NCBI GenBank assembly: GCA_963693055.1
Contig: OY843751.1
Coordinates: 2,400,001 to 2,464,000 of the forward strand
Source of the DNA: a bacterium
GTDB lineage: Bacteria > Zhuqueibacterota > Zhuqueibacteria > Residuimicrobiales > Krinioviventaceae
Direction: 5' to 3'
DNA: 64,000 nt
The translations under genes were made by a program, and so were the position numbers. The notes under the pieces are model-generated. The model had not been told where the DNA came from and ran no database searches. It saw only the letters and a program-made list of their open reading frames with translations. Numbering within the stretch: the stretch's first letter is position 1; each line of letters begins with the position of its first letter. Shown piece after piece: positions 31,998-44,272 of this stretch.

Positions 31998-32597
31998 ATG
32001 AAACGCATCATATTCATCATATTTTTATTTTCCATTTCAGCTTTCTCTCAGGAAACACTTTTACCAGAAAATTTTGAATCCGGTGGGTTTGGTGGCCCGG
32101 TTATAAAATTTACTCAGATTCAGGGTGACAATTCCGTACTAATTGGTGGCCGAGGCGGATGGATTATTGGTCATCAATTAATAGTTGGAGGTGGTGGATA
32201 TGGACTCGCCAATTCAATTGATATACCCGAATATCAGATCAATAACAAGCCCGCGGAGATGCATTTTGGTTATGGCGGCCTGGAACTGGAGTACATTATC
32301 AAACCCTCTAGTCTTATACATTACTCGGTTTATTGTCTCTTGGGTGGTGGTGCAGTAGAATATGCAGATAATGACGGCTCAAAATGGAGTGATTCTGGTG
32401 ATTATACTGCTACAGTTATGGATGAATTTTGGGTGATTGAACCAGCGGTACATGCAACAATCAATATTGCTACGTTCTTTAGGATCAGTACCGGTGTTTC
32501 ATATCGACAAGTAGGGAATGTTAAACTTGCTGGTACCAGTAATTCAGATTTATCCGGACCTGCATTTAATATAACCTTACGGTTCGGTAAATTCTAA
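31998..32597 (+). CDS. Hypothetical small outer-membrane beta-barrel protein
   Basis: Signal peptide; Gly/aromatic strands (GGRGGWII, GGGGYGL, FGYGGLELEY); ends in F. Confidence 0.65.
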   Translation: MKRIIFIIFLFSISAFSQETLLPENFESGGFGGPVIKFTQIQGDNSVLIGGRGGWIIGHQLIVGGGGYGLANSIDIPEYQINNKPAEMHFGYGGLELEYIIKPSSLIHYSVYCLLGGGAVEYADNDGSKWSDSGDYTATVMDEFWVIEPAVHATINIATFFRISTGVSYRQVGNVKLAGTSNSDLSGPAFNITLRFGKF

Positions 32598-32680
32598 TAT
32601 GAACTGATTTTCTTGAATTAGTTGGTTTCATCTTTTTATTATTATGATTATATTGTCCATTATAAAAGAGGAAATATATA

Positions 32681-33547
32681 ATGGACAATGTACTTTTAGA
32701 ACAGATAAAAAGTTATCAAAAAAATGAAATAACAGAATATCATATTTATACCCGCCTATCCAAAATTGTAAAAAACAAAGAAAATTCAGAAATCCTTTTT
32801 AAAATTGGTAAAGAAGAACTGGCCCATTATAAAAAATGGAAAGCTATTTCAGGTAAAGAGGTTAAACCCAATCGGTTAAAAATTCTTTTCTTTGTTTTCA
32901 TTAGCCGCATATTTGGATTTACATTTGCAATCAAATTAATGGAAATGGGCGAAGAAGATGCTCAGGACAATTACGAGTTGATCATTCCGCATTATCCCGA
33001 AGCAGAACAAATCATGCGGGAAGAGAATGAGCATGAAGAACGCTTGATGGGTATGTTAAATGAAGAACGCTTGCATTATATTGGCTCTATCGTTTTGGGC
33101 CTTAACGATGCTCTGGTAGAATTGACAGGCGCATTGGCTGGTTTAACACTGGCGTTGCAAAATACCCGACTTATCGCTCTAACCGGATTAATAACCGGTA
33201 TTGCTGCATCTCTATCAATGGCTGCTTCTGAATATCTATCCACCAAAACCGAAGAAACAGTACGGCATCCGGTTAAAGCATCTTTGTATACCGGTACTGC
33301 GTATGTCATTACGGTAACCTTGTTAATATTGCCATATTTGTTTTTAACAAACTATTTTATTTGCCTCGCAACCACTATGCTTGTTGCTGTAATGATTATT
33401 GCTTTATTTAATTATTACGTAGCCGTTGTAGACGATGTATCCTTTAAAAAACGTTTTTTTGAAATGGCTGGACTCAGCTTTGGTGTTGCCGCGTTTAGTT
33501 TTTTTATTGGTATTTTAGTAAGGCACTTTTTGGGAGTTGATATTTAA
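32681..33547 (+). CDS. Rubrerythrin-like/VIT1-CCC1 fusion (MbfA-like iron exporter)
   Basis: N-terminal E..Y, EE..H, ME..E, EE.EH di-iron motifs; VLGLNDALVE, SLSMAASEYLS VIT1 motifs. Confidence 0.85.
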   Translation: MDNVLLEQIKSYQKNEITEYHIYTRLSKIVKNKENSEILFKIGKEELAHYKKWKAISGKEVKPNRLKILFFVFISRIFGFTFAIKLMEMGEEDAQDNYELIIPHYPEAEQIMREENEHEERLMGMLNEERLHYIGSIVLGLNDALVELTGALAGLTLALQNTRLIALTGLITGIAASLSMAASEYLSTKTEETVRHPVKASLYTGTAYVITVTLLILPYLFLTNYFICLATTMLVAVMIIALFNYYVAVVDDVSFKKRFFEMAGLSFGVAAFSFFIGILVRHFLGVDI

Positions 33548-33644
33548 TATATTATTGTGATATCATTTATTTTCTTGCTATTCCTACCGGATTTGTATAC
33601 ATTTTAGTGATCATTTTTTCATTGTCTAATAAAGGGGCACTTCA

Positions 33645-36600
33645 ATGAAAATCCTAAAATGTTTTATTATTATTATTATTCTATCTGTTAATGTTTATTC
33701 ATTTGAACAGATTGCACACTGGCCGGGTGGGCCCTGTCAATGTGTTGCTGTAAACGAAAACTATGCTTTTATGGCAAGTGGTGGATTTTTGGGTGTTGTT
33801 GATCTACAATCACTAGTCATGATTTCTAATACACAGATTGCTGATCAAATAGTCTCCATGGTTGCTAACGGAAATCACCTGTATATTGCTACTGTTAGCA
33901 CCGGTGTAGTGATTTATGATGTAACTGATGGTGCTGCTCCTCAACAAGAAACCATTATTCCTGTTTATGCAATGGATTGTTCAATCTATGAAGACAGGCT
34001 ATACATCGCTTCTTCAACATACGGCCTCAGTATTTATGATATTGCAGATCCTGCAGATCCTCTTCTGGTTGGCAGTGGAGATGCCTGGGGCTACACCCGA
34101 GGTGTAGCAATAAAAGGGGATTATGCGTATATCCCGCAAAGTAGCATGGGCCTAAAAGCTGTAGATATTTCAGATCCTTCTGATATCTCACAATTCTCCG
34201 AGGTTCCCTTAACAAACCGCACGGCTACTATTGTTAAAGTATATGGTGATTACCTCTATGTAGGCTCATGGGGAGAAGATGGTTTTGAAATATTTGATGT
34301 TTCCGATCCTGGCAATCCGGTATCTGTAAAATATGTTGATGTGAGCAGTTCTTATAAATTTGCTTTCCTGGATAATTATTTGTTTCTTGCCGCAGTAGGG
34401 GACCATTTGAAAATTTATAATATTACAAATCCTCCAGAGTTGATTGAAGTTACTGAATTTGAAGAAGCATCTCCATACGATGTGGCTGTTACTAATGGAT
34501 ATGTTTGTATGGCTGATCAGGAAGATGGTATGTATGTATTTCCCTTGACTGATGAAAAACTACCACAAAAGATTAAATCATTTGATCTCGATTTTTCCGC
34601 AATGTCCATGTTTTCAAACGGTCCATATTTATATTTTCCAATTCACAATCAAGGATTGAGAATTCTGGATGTTTCCGATCCTCTTAATGTTGTAGATCAG
34701 GAATTGTTGGATATTAAAACCGATTATGTACGGTTTTATAATGATCTAATGTTTATATCTTATCTTGATGATATACATGTTGTTGATAATTCGAATCCGG
34801 CAAATCCTCGGGAAATATCGGAAATTGAATTGCCAGATCGTGATATAGGTGTTTTAATTAATTATCCTTATCTATATGCTTATTGCGCTGATGTTGTTGT
34901 GGATAATTATAAGCTGGTAACGGTAAATATTTCCGATCCTGCTAATCCGGTTGCCGTTGATACATTGAGTGGCGCATCTACCTATTATTTGGCAGAATAT
35001 TATAATCATTATTTGTTTCTTTGTGACAGAAATAAACAACTGCATTGTGTTGATGCAAGTGATCCTGAAAATATGGAATTTGTCAGCAAGGCGTTTTTCC
35101 CTGATTCCGTAGCCGGATTCTGGATAAAAGAGCATTATGCTTATGTCACAGATACAGATGGTATGATGAATATTTACGATATGAGTGAACCGTTATCACC
35201 CGTTTTGAAAAATACATTAAATATTAGTACTATCATAGCAAAACCTTTGTTCTATGGAGAATTAGGCTATGCACCAGGATTTATGGGAACAGATATTTAT
35301 GATTTTTCTAACCCTGCGTTGCCTGTGTTAAAGGGATTTGTTAGTCATGGTGGATATATTGGAAGTAAGGCAATTGTAAACGGGCGGTTGTTTGTACAAA
35401 AAGTGATTATGGAAGATAAACTGCAGATCTTTGATCTGTCTCAACCGTTGAATCCGGGAGAATTGGGACTATTTCCGGCTTTTGATGGGACTGAAGCCGT
35501 ACTCGTTAAAGACGGAATTGTATACACTGCTGCAAACAGGGGAGGACTGCGAATTTTTGATTTTTCCCAATCCGATGATCCACTGATCGCTCAAATAGAT
35601 TTTTCCGGCAAAGTTGTAGATTTAGCTATGCAAAACGATTATTTGTTTCTTGCTGAATCCGAATACGGTATGCGTGTAGTGAATGTTACTGATCCTGCTC
35701 ATCCTTTTGTGGCCGGAGAATTTCATCCCAATACCAACAGCGCTGTTGGGGATATTATCATTGATGGCCAGTATGCCTATTTGATCGGAGGACCTTATAA
35801 CGATGTGATTGATATCAGCGATCCCGAAAATCCGGAATACATTGCGGACATACCATCCGCTGGTATAAATGCGCAGGGCCAGGTTTTAAACAGTTATTTG
35901 TACCTGGCAGACCAATATAATGGATTAAAAATAATGGATGTTAGTGATCCACAGAATGTCACTTTATTAAAGACCGTTGAAACAGATGGCTATTTTATGG
36001 ATGTCTGTATTCATAATAATTATGCTTATATTGCTGATATAAACAATCATTTAATGCGAATATTTGATTTAACTGATCCTATAAATCCAACTCAGGTTTC
36101 TTTTTTGGAATTTCCCTATGCCCCGGTGAGTGATATTTGTATTTATGATCATTACGCATTGGTAGCTTGTGACTATAGCGGAATATATATCGTAGATATT
36201 GAGGACCCACTGAATCCTATAAATGTCGGTCGATTTTATATTTACAATGCAGAATTTACCGATGTAACGGTAGAAAATGGTTATATCTATGCAACAGACA
36301 CAGTAACGGGAGTTTACAAACTGGGCGATGAATTGATCACAGCCATAGAGGAAGCATCCGCATTACCGCAAACTTTTAGGTTGTTCGATAATTATCCCAA
36401 TCCCTTTAATCCGGTTACAACCATAACCTATACATTACCCGAACCTGTATCTGTGAAAATCGATATATTCAATATCAACGGACAGCATATTTGCACTCTA
36501 GTGGATATGAAACAAGGCCCCGGAGTTCAAATTACCCAATGGGACGGCAAAACCGCAATGGGAATTTCTGTTTCGTCAGGTCTCTATTTTTACAGGATAC

Positions 36601-36647
36601 AAGCAGGCGCTAATACAGAAACCAAAAAGATGATGCTTTTACGATAA
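33645..36647 (+). CDS. LVIVD-repeat secreted protein with T9SS type-A-like/FlgD-Ig C-terminal domain
   Basis: Many ~41-aa repeats Y.Y......G..I.D(I/V)SDP.NP; C-terminal NYPNPFNP..WDG..VSSGLYFYRI..KKMMLLR. Confidence 0.88.
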   Translation: MKILKCFIIIIILSVNVYSFEQIAHWPGGPCQCVAVNENYAFMASGGFLGVVDLQSLVMISNTQIADQIVSMVANGNHLYIATVSTGVVIYDVTDGAAPQQETIIPVYAMDCSIYEDRLYIASSTYGLSIYDIADPADPLLVGSGDAWGYTRGVAIKGDYAYIPQSSMGLKAVDISDPSDISQFSEVPLTNRTATIVKVYGDYLYVGSWGEDGFEIFDVSDPGNPVSVKYVDVSSSYKFAFLDNYLFLAAVGDHLKIYNITNPPELIEVTEFEEASPYDVAVTNGYVCMADQEDGMYVFPLTDEKLPQKIKSFDLDFSAMSMFSNGPYLYFPIHNQGLRILDVSDPLNVVDQELLDIKTDYVRFYNDLMFISYLDDIHVVDNSNPANPREISEIELPDRDIGVLINYPYLYAYCADVVVDNYKLVTVNISDPANPVAVDTLSGASTYYLAEYYNHYLFLCDRNKQLHCVDASDPENMEFVSKAFFPDSVAGFWIKEHYAYVTDTDGMMNIYDMSEPLSPVLKNTLNISTIIAKPLFYGELGYAPGFMGTDIYDFSNPALPVLKGFVSHGGYIGSKAIVNGRLFVQKVIMEDKLQIFDLSQPLNPGELGLFPAFDGTEAVLVKDGIVYTAANRGGLRIFDFSQSDDPLIAQIDFSGKVVDLAMQNDYLFLAESEYGMRVVNVTDPAHPFVAGEFHPNTNSAVGDIIIDGQYAYLIGGPYNDVIDISDPENPEYIADIPSAGINAQGQVLNSYLYLADQYNGLKIMDVSDPQNVTLLKTVETDGYFMDVCIHNNYAYIADINNHLMRIFDLTDPINPTQVSFLEFPYAPVSDICIYDHYALVACDYSGIYIVDIEDPLNPINVGRFYIYNAEFTDVTVENGYIYATDTVTGVYKLGDELITAIEEASALPQTFRLFDNYPNPFNPVTTITYTLPEPVSVKIDIFNINGQHICTLVDMKQGPGVQITQWDGKTAMGISVSSGLYFYRIQAGANTETKKMMLLR

Positions 36648-36655
36648 GGAATATA

Positions 36656-37387
36656 ATGAGAACTTGTTTTTATTTGATCTTTTTTATGATAGGAATATTA
36701 CTGTCATGTGCTACGGAAAAGTCGCCTTTATCAGTTGTTACCGATGAAACAGAAACTGAAATTGATGACCAGGATTTAACAACTAATGCGATTTGTAAAA
36801 CTGTGAATGGTCAGGAATGTGTTGTATATTATCGGGAATTCAATTCAAACAATAAAGTGGTTATTGCTCCGGATTCTATAATATCCAAAGCTTTTACTCA
36901 TATTGTAGATAAGGTTGGAAAAGAATATGCAGATCAGTATTTTACCTTGCATTCGGCAAACCATACTGATTATCCACGCATGTGGGATACGAGCGATTCC
37001 TGTTACTTTTTTTATTATGAATACAAAGTGACAATAGATGATTTTACAACTATATTACCCATACGGTTTACAACAAATCTGGATGGAGATTTATTATCCG
37101 GGTTTCGTTTACCAGAGCGATTATCTGATCCTAAATTTGGAATGCCCATTACTATTAGTGATTCAGTAGCCGTTTTGTTGGCGCAGAATGACGGATTGCC
37201 GGGTAGTATAGATCCTTATGAAATATCTTTTACCATATTATGGAACAAGAATGATGAATATACATATTGCTGGTACATTAAGAGCTTTGTATGGGGAAGA
37301 ACCAGTGGACAATATATAAGAATTGATGCAACAAATGGTGAGTTGATTGACAAAGGTGGATTTATTGTTGCAACTCCTGTAGGATGA
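36656..37387 (+). CDS. Hypothetical lipoprotein
   Basis: Lipobox LLSC; starts 8 nt after the LVIVD gene; PepSY-like C-terminal IDATNGELI. Confidence 0.6.
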   Translation: MRTCFYLIFFMIGILLSCATEKSPLSVVTDETETEIDDQDLTTNAICKTVNGQECVVYYREFNSNNKVVIAPDSIISKAFTHIVDKVGKEYADQYFTLHSANHTDYPRMWDTSDSCYFFYYEYKVTIDDFTTILPIRFTTNLDGDLLSGFRLPERLSDPKFGMPITISDSVAVLLAQNDGLPGSIDPYEISFTILWNKNDEYTYCWYIKSFVWGRTSGQYIRIDATNGELIDKGGFIVATPVG

Positions 37388-37525
37388 TTTTTTTAGTCAA
37401 TGTCTTTTAGGGATAAATGGGACAATAGTTACCCCAGGATTCTTGCCTCTCTATGTATAGGCTAGCTCGGGTTATATGGATTCAACTTTTTCCGTGCTAT
37501 TTAACTTGCTAATAACATAATAAAG

Positions 37526-37620
37526 CGGGAATGTGTGGGAATCGAACCCACCCAGGACGGGGACACCGCCCCACAACGGGTTTGAAGCCCGCGGGCACCA
37601 CCAGGTCACCTTTCATTCCC
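37526..37620 (-). tRNA. selC: tRNA-Sec(UCA)
   Basis: 95 nt. GGGAATG/CATTCCC acceptor, 4-nt D loop TGGT, anticodon arm GCGGG-CTTCAAA-CCCGT, 7-bp variable stem, GTGGG-TTCGATT-CCCAC T arm, G73. CCA not encoded. Confidence 0.93.
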
Positions 37621-37681
37621 GTATTTTTAATATAACAATTTTAGTATTATTTCAAATAGAATTGTTACTGATCAATTTTAA

Positions 37682-40981
<3,300 letters not shown>

Positions 40982-40986
40982 CATGT

Positions 40987-41021
40987 ACCCCTGCTGATTT
41001 GAATGATCAGCAGGGGTTTTT
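40987..41021 (+). terminator. Intrinsic terminator
   Basis: acccctgctgatt...gatcagcaggggt followed by a T run. Confidence 0.85.
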
Positions 41022-41079
41022 ACTTTAGCCACTTTTTGCTTATAAATCTAAATAATTTTGAAATTAATAAAAATAACAA

Positions 41080-41108
41080 TTGACCTTTATTATTTAAAAA
41101 ACTATAAT
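41080..41108 (+). promoter_or_regulatory. Sigma70-type promoter of TBDR module 1
   Basis: TTGACC-N17-TATAAT. Confidence 0.7.
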
Positions 41109-41255
41109 GAAATGTAAACAAATGTAATATTTAGTCTCACCCTTGGCTATACAAGCTCTTTCTTTTTATTTAATCCGTTTGCAGTCTAGTATTTTTATAC
41201 ATATTCGTATCGGTTAAATGAAACCTCTTTTCTTAAAAATCACATCTAATCAAAC

Positions 41256-44200
41256 ATGGACAGTACTATGCAAAAAAACTTTTTTTTATTGTACTGCGTT
41301 ATTTTGTTTTTGATTTTTCAGATTTTTGTACTTCCACTACATGCTGCTGTAACAGGAAAAATAAGGGGGCAAATTGTTGATTCAGTATCAGGAATGGCCC
41401 TTCCCGGAGTGAATGTTGTCATTTCACATGTGTGGATAAATGGCCAGGAAGAAGTTTATGATGGAGGCCTGGGTGCAGCAACCAGTATTGATGGTGAGTA
41501 TTTTATTCTCAAAGTCCCACCCGGTATCTATTCTATTACTTCATCAATGATCGGTTATAATACCATTACCAAGCAGCAGGTTCAAGTCAGTATTGACCGA
41601 ACATCAATTGTCGATTTTCAGATGGAAGAGGCTGCTTTGCAAGGCGAAGAAGTAGTTGTTACCGCAGGACGTGACCAGATCCAGGTTGATGTTGCTGCGA
41701 CTGAAAATTATGTCACTGCTGAAGAGTATCAAAATACACCGTTTGCAAACAGAGTTGAAAATGTTATAGGGCTGCAATCCGGTGTAAGTGGCAATATTGT
41801 TGAGGGTCAAATATCTATTCGTGCTGGTGATACTCGTGAGGTGGGCCTTTTGGTGGATGGTATGTCGCTGGTAGATAAAAAGTTCAACCGCCCGGTTTTC
41901 TCTGTGCAACCCGGTGTTGTACAGGAAATAAAGGTAATGCGTAATGGTTTTAATGCTGAATATGGCCAATCACGTTCCGGTATTATTAATGTAATCACCA
42001 AAGATCCTGATGAAAAATATAGATTTTCAATGGACTATCAGTTTACACCCGCTCACAAGCCCCATTATGGCAGAGATAAATATGATAAAGATTATCGATG
42101 GGAATGGAGATTGCTTGACGGCCCAAACGCTTTTATTGGAGATACTTTGTACCTCCCCGATGGCACTCATCAGAATATGAAAATCTGGATGGGTTGGAAC
42201 AAGTATGCTGAAGAATTGCTTTCAGATGATAATCCCGATAATGATCTGACTGCTGACGAAGCATACGAGTTATGGAAATGGCGCCATCGTCCTATGGAAT
42301 ATGGAAATCTCAATGGTCATAATGTTGATTTGTCTTTTTCGGGACCTGTACCTTTTATGCCATGGAGAACCAATTTCCTTGCAGGCGCAAAATATGAATT
42401 CAAGCCGCTTAATTATCCTCAATCTACCGACCATTATGATGAAAAGATGGGTTCATTAAAGATTATTTCAAATCCTTCTCCTAATATTAAACTGACACTA
42501 AATGGTATGTATTCTTCTGTTACTTCGGCAGCTGGAGGCAGGCTGGATGCAACCTGGGCAACAGAAACGTTGATAGACTATGATGGCGTAACCCTGAGAG
42601 ATTATTATCCCTATTATTATCCAGTGATCAATCGTGAAACCAGTTTGATCGGTGCCAAGTTGGTACATACCTTGTCACCAACACTCTATTATGAAACATT
42701 TATCAACTATTTCAATATAGGTTGGAACTTGTCCCGTGCTGATCAATCCAATCCTGCCGATGGGCGCTATTTTCATGGAAGATTATATTATGATCCGCAA
42801 TCAGGTTATATACCACGCTCCTTGGGAGTAGATGATGATGCATCTGATTTTAAAATGGCAGGTATTGACCAAACCTGGGATGATTCATGGAACAAGCGGT
42901 TTGTATATAATTTTGTACTGACAAGCCAGTTCCATCCCGCGCATGAACTTAAATTTGGTGTTAATGGAAATTATGACATTTTACGTGAAAATCGGGTTTA
43001 TTGGCCCAATGAAGATCCTGATAAAGAATTCATTCGTCGATACAAAGTAAAACCTATTGAATTTGCTTCTTTTATTCAAGACAAGATCGAATTTCAGGGT
43101 ATGGTTGCCAATATCGGTTTGCGCTTTGATTATTTCAATACCAATACAGACCGGCCGGATGTAACAGCAATACTCTCTTATGCCAAAGACCGTGATATGT
43201 GGGAGGCAGTCAAGAACAATGAATATCCAATGATGCGGGCAAAACCGAAATATTATCTCAGTCCTCGTGTTGGGATTTCTCATCCCTTGTCAGACAAAAG
43301 TAAGGTGTATTTCAATTATGGCCATTTTGTTCAAACACCTCCCAGTCGTGACCTTTATATCATTACTTTGGATGGTGAGCGCCCCGGTATTCAAATGATG
43401 GGTAATCCTGAACTCAATTTTGAAAAAACAATAGCCTATGAACTTGGTTTTGATATGAGTGTGAAAAGTGAACTGCAATTTCATGTGGGTGCATTTTATA
43501 AAAAGAATAGTAATGTGGCCAATCGAATGACCTCAGCACATCTTGATCAAAGTGTGGTTGTAGATTGGTTTGATGATATAGGTTACGCAGAAATACGTGG
43601 TCTGGAATTAGAATTACGTAAATCAACAGGTCAGTTTTTTACCGGTTGGATAAATTACAATTATATCAAAAAAAGTAATTCAGATCTGGGTGTTCCCGGT
43701 TTGTCTGATAATCCCATTATTACCGATGATCCATCCGTCGGTAGGGATGGTATAATCTGGGGAGTGCCTACTTCAGTGATCCGTGATATAATTCCCAATG
43801 CACGTGGTGTTTTATCATTACATACTCCCGGTGATTGGGGACCCAAATTTAAAGGCTTTTCACTAGTCAGTCAAACCAGTATCAGTTTACAAATGCATTA
43901 TCAAGGTGGTGCTTTAAAAGAACACCCTAAAACGAGTTTCCAGGATATGTACCCTAATGTCCGTTTTCGCGAGTTGTGTAAATTCTGGGCAGACTTGCGT
44001 GTGTCACGCCAGTTTAGAGTAGCTTTTATCAACATGGAATTATATATGGATATAAGTAATATTTTTCACTCTACTTTTCGAAATCCGCCAACAGGTACAA
44101 GTGGAGAAGATTATTATGACGAACTGTGGGAAGCAGGACGTTTAGATCAGGTAGGAACAGACGAGTTGACGAATCCCATGATTCTGCTAACTGAAAATGA

Positions 44201-44258
44201 TGATGTATATTGGGGCAGGGTCAAAATTTTTAATTTTGGATTGCGTATTAATTTATAG
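41256..44258 (+). CDS. TonB-dependent receptor (Oar-like, N-terminal carboxypeptidase-regulatory-like domain)
   Basis: TGKI.G.I.D..SG..LPGVNV, plug GFNAEYGQSRSGIINVITK, SPR.GISHP, GNP.L..EKTI.YELG, C-terminal FGLRINL. Confidence 0.92.
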   Translation: MDSTMQKNFFLLYCVILFLIFQIFVLPLHAAVTGKIRGQIVDSVSGMALPGVNVVISHVWINGQEEVYDGGLGAATSIDGEYFILKVPPGIYSITSSMIGYNTITKQQVQVSIDRTSIVDFQMEEAALQGEEVVVTAGRDQIQVDVAATENYVTAEEYQNTPFANRVENVIGLQSGVSGNIVEGQISIRAGDTREVGLLVDGMSLVDKKFNRPVFSVQPGVVQEIKVMRNGFNAEYGQSRSGIINVITKDPDEKYRFSMDYQFTPAHKPHYGRDKYDKDYRWEWRLLDGPNAFIGDTLYLPDGTHQNMKIWMGWNKYAEELLSDDNPDNDLTADEAYELWKWRHRPMEYGNLNGHNVDLSFSGPVPFMPWRTNFLAGAKYEFKPLNYPQSTDHYDEKMGSLKIISNPSPNIKLTLNGMYSSVTSAAGGRLDATWATETLIDYDGVTLRDYYPYYYPVINRETSLIGAKLVHTLSPTLYYETFINYFNIGWNLSRADQSNPADGRYFHGRLYYDPQSGYIPRSLGVDDDASDFKMAGIDQTWDDSWNKRFVYNFVLTSQFHPAHELKFGVNGNYDILRENRVYWPNEDPDKEFIRRYKVKPIEFASFIQDKIEFQGMVANIGLRFDYFNTNTDRPDVTAILSYAKDRDMWEAVKNNEYPMMRAKPKYYLSPRVGISHPLSDKSKVYFNYGHFVQTPPSRDLYIITLDGERPGIQMMGNPELNFEKTIAYELGFDMSVKSELQFHVGAFYKKNSNVANRMTSAHLDQSVVVDWFDDIGYAEIRGLELELRKSTGQFFTGWINYNYIKKSNSDLGVPGLSDNPIITDDPSVGRDGIIWGVPTSVIRDIIPNARGVLSLHTPGDWGPKFKGFSLVSQTSISLQMHYQGGALKEHPKTSFQDMYPNVRFRELCKFWADLRVSRQFRVAFINMELYMDISNIFHSTFRNPPTGTSGEDYYDELWEAGRLDQVGTDELTNPMILLTENDDVYWGRVKIFNFGLRINL

Positions 44259-44272
44259 CAGAAAGGTCACGA

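Noticed and set aside
33645-36300. Periodic gatcc-type motifs as a CRISPR or DNA repeat array
   Set aside because: They are degenerate codons of LVIVD protein repeats within one ORF. No identical repeats with spacers and no cas genes.
37385-37400. TGA of the lipoprotein beside selC as a Sec codon
   Set aside because: An in-frame TAG follows after two more codons and no SECIS-like hairpin is evident. The other TGA-ending genes look complete or abut terminators or the next gene.
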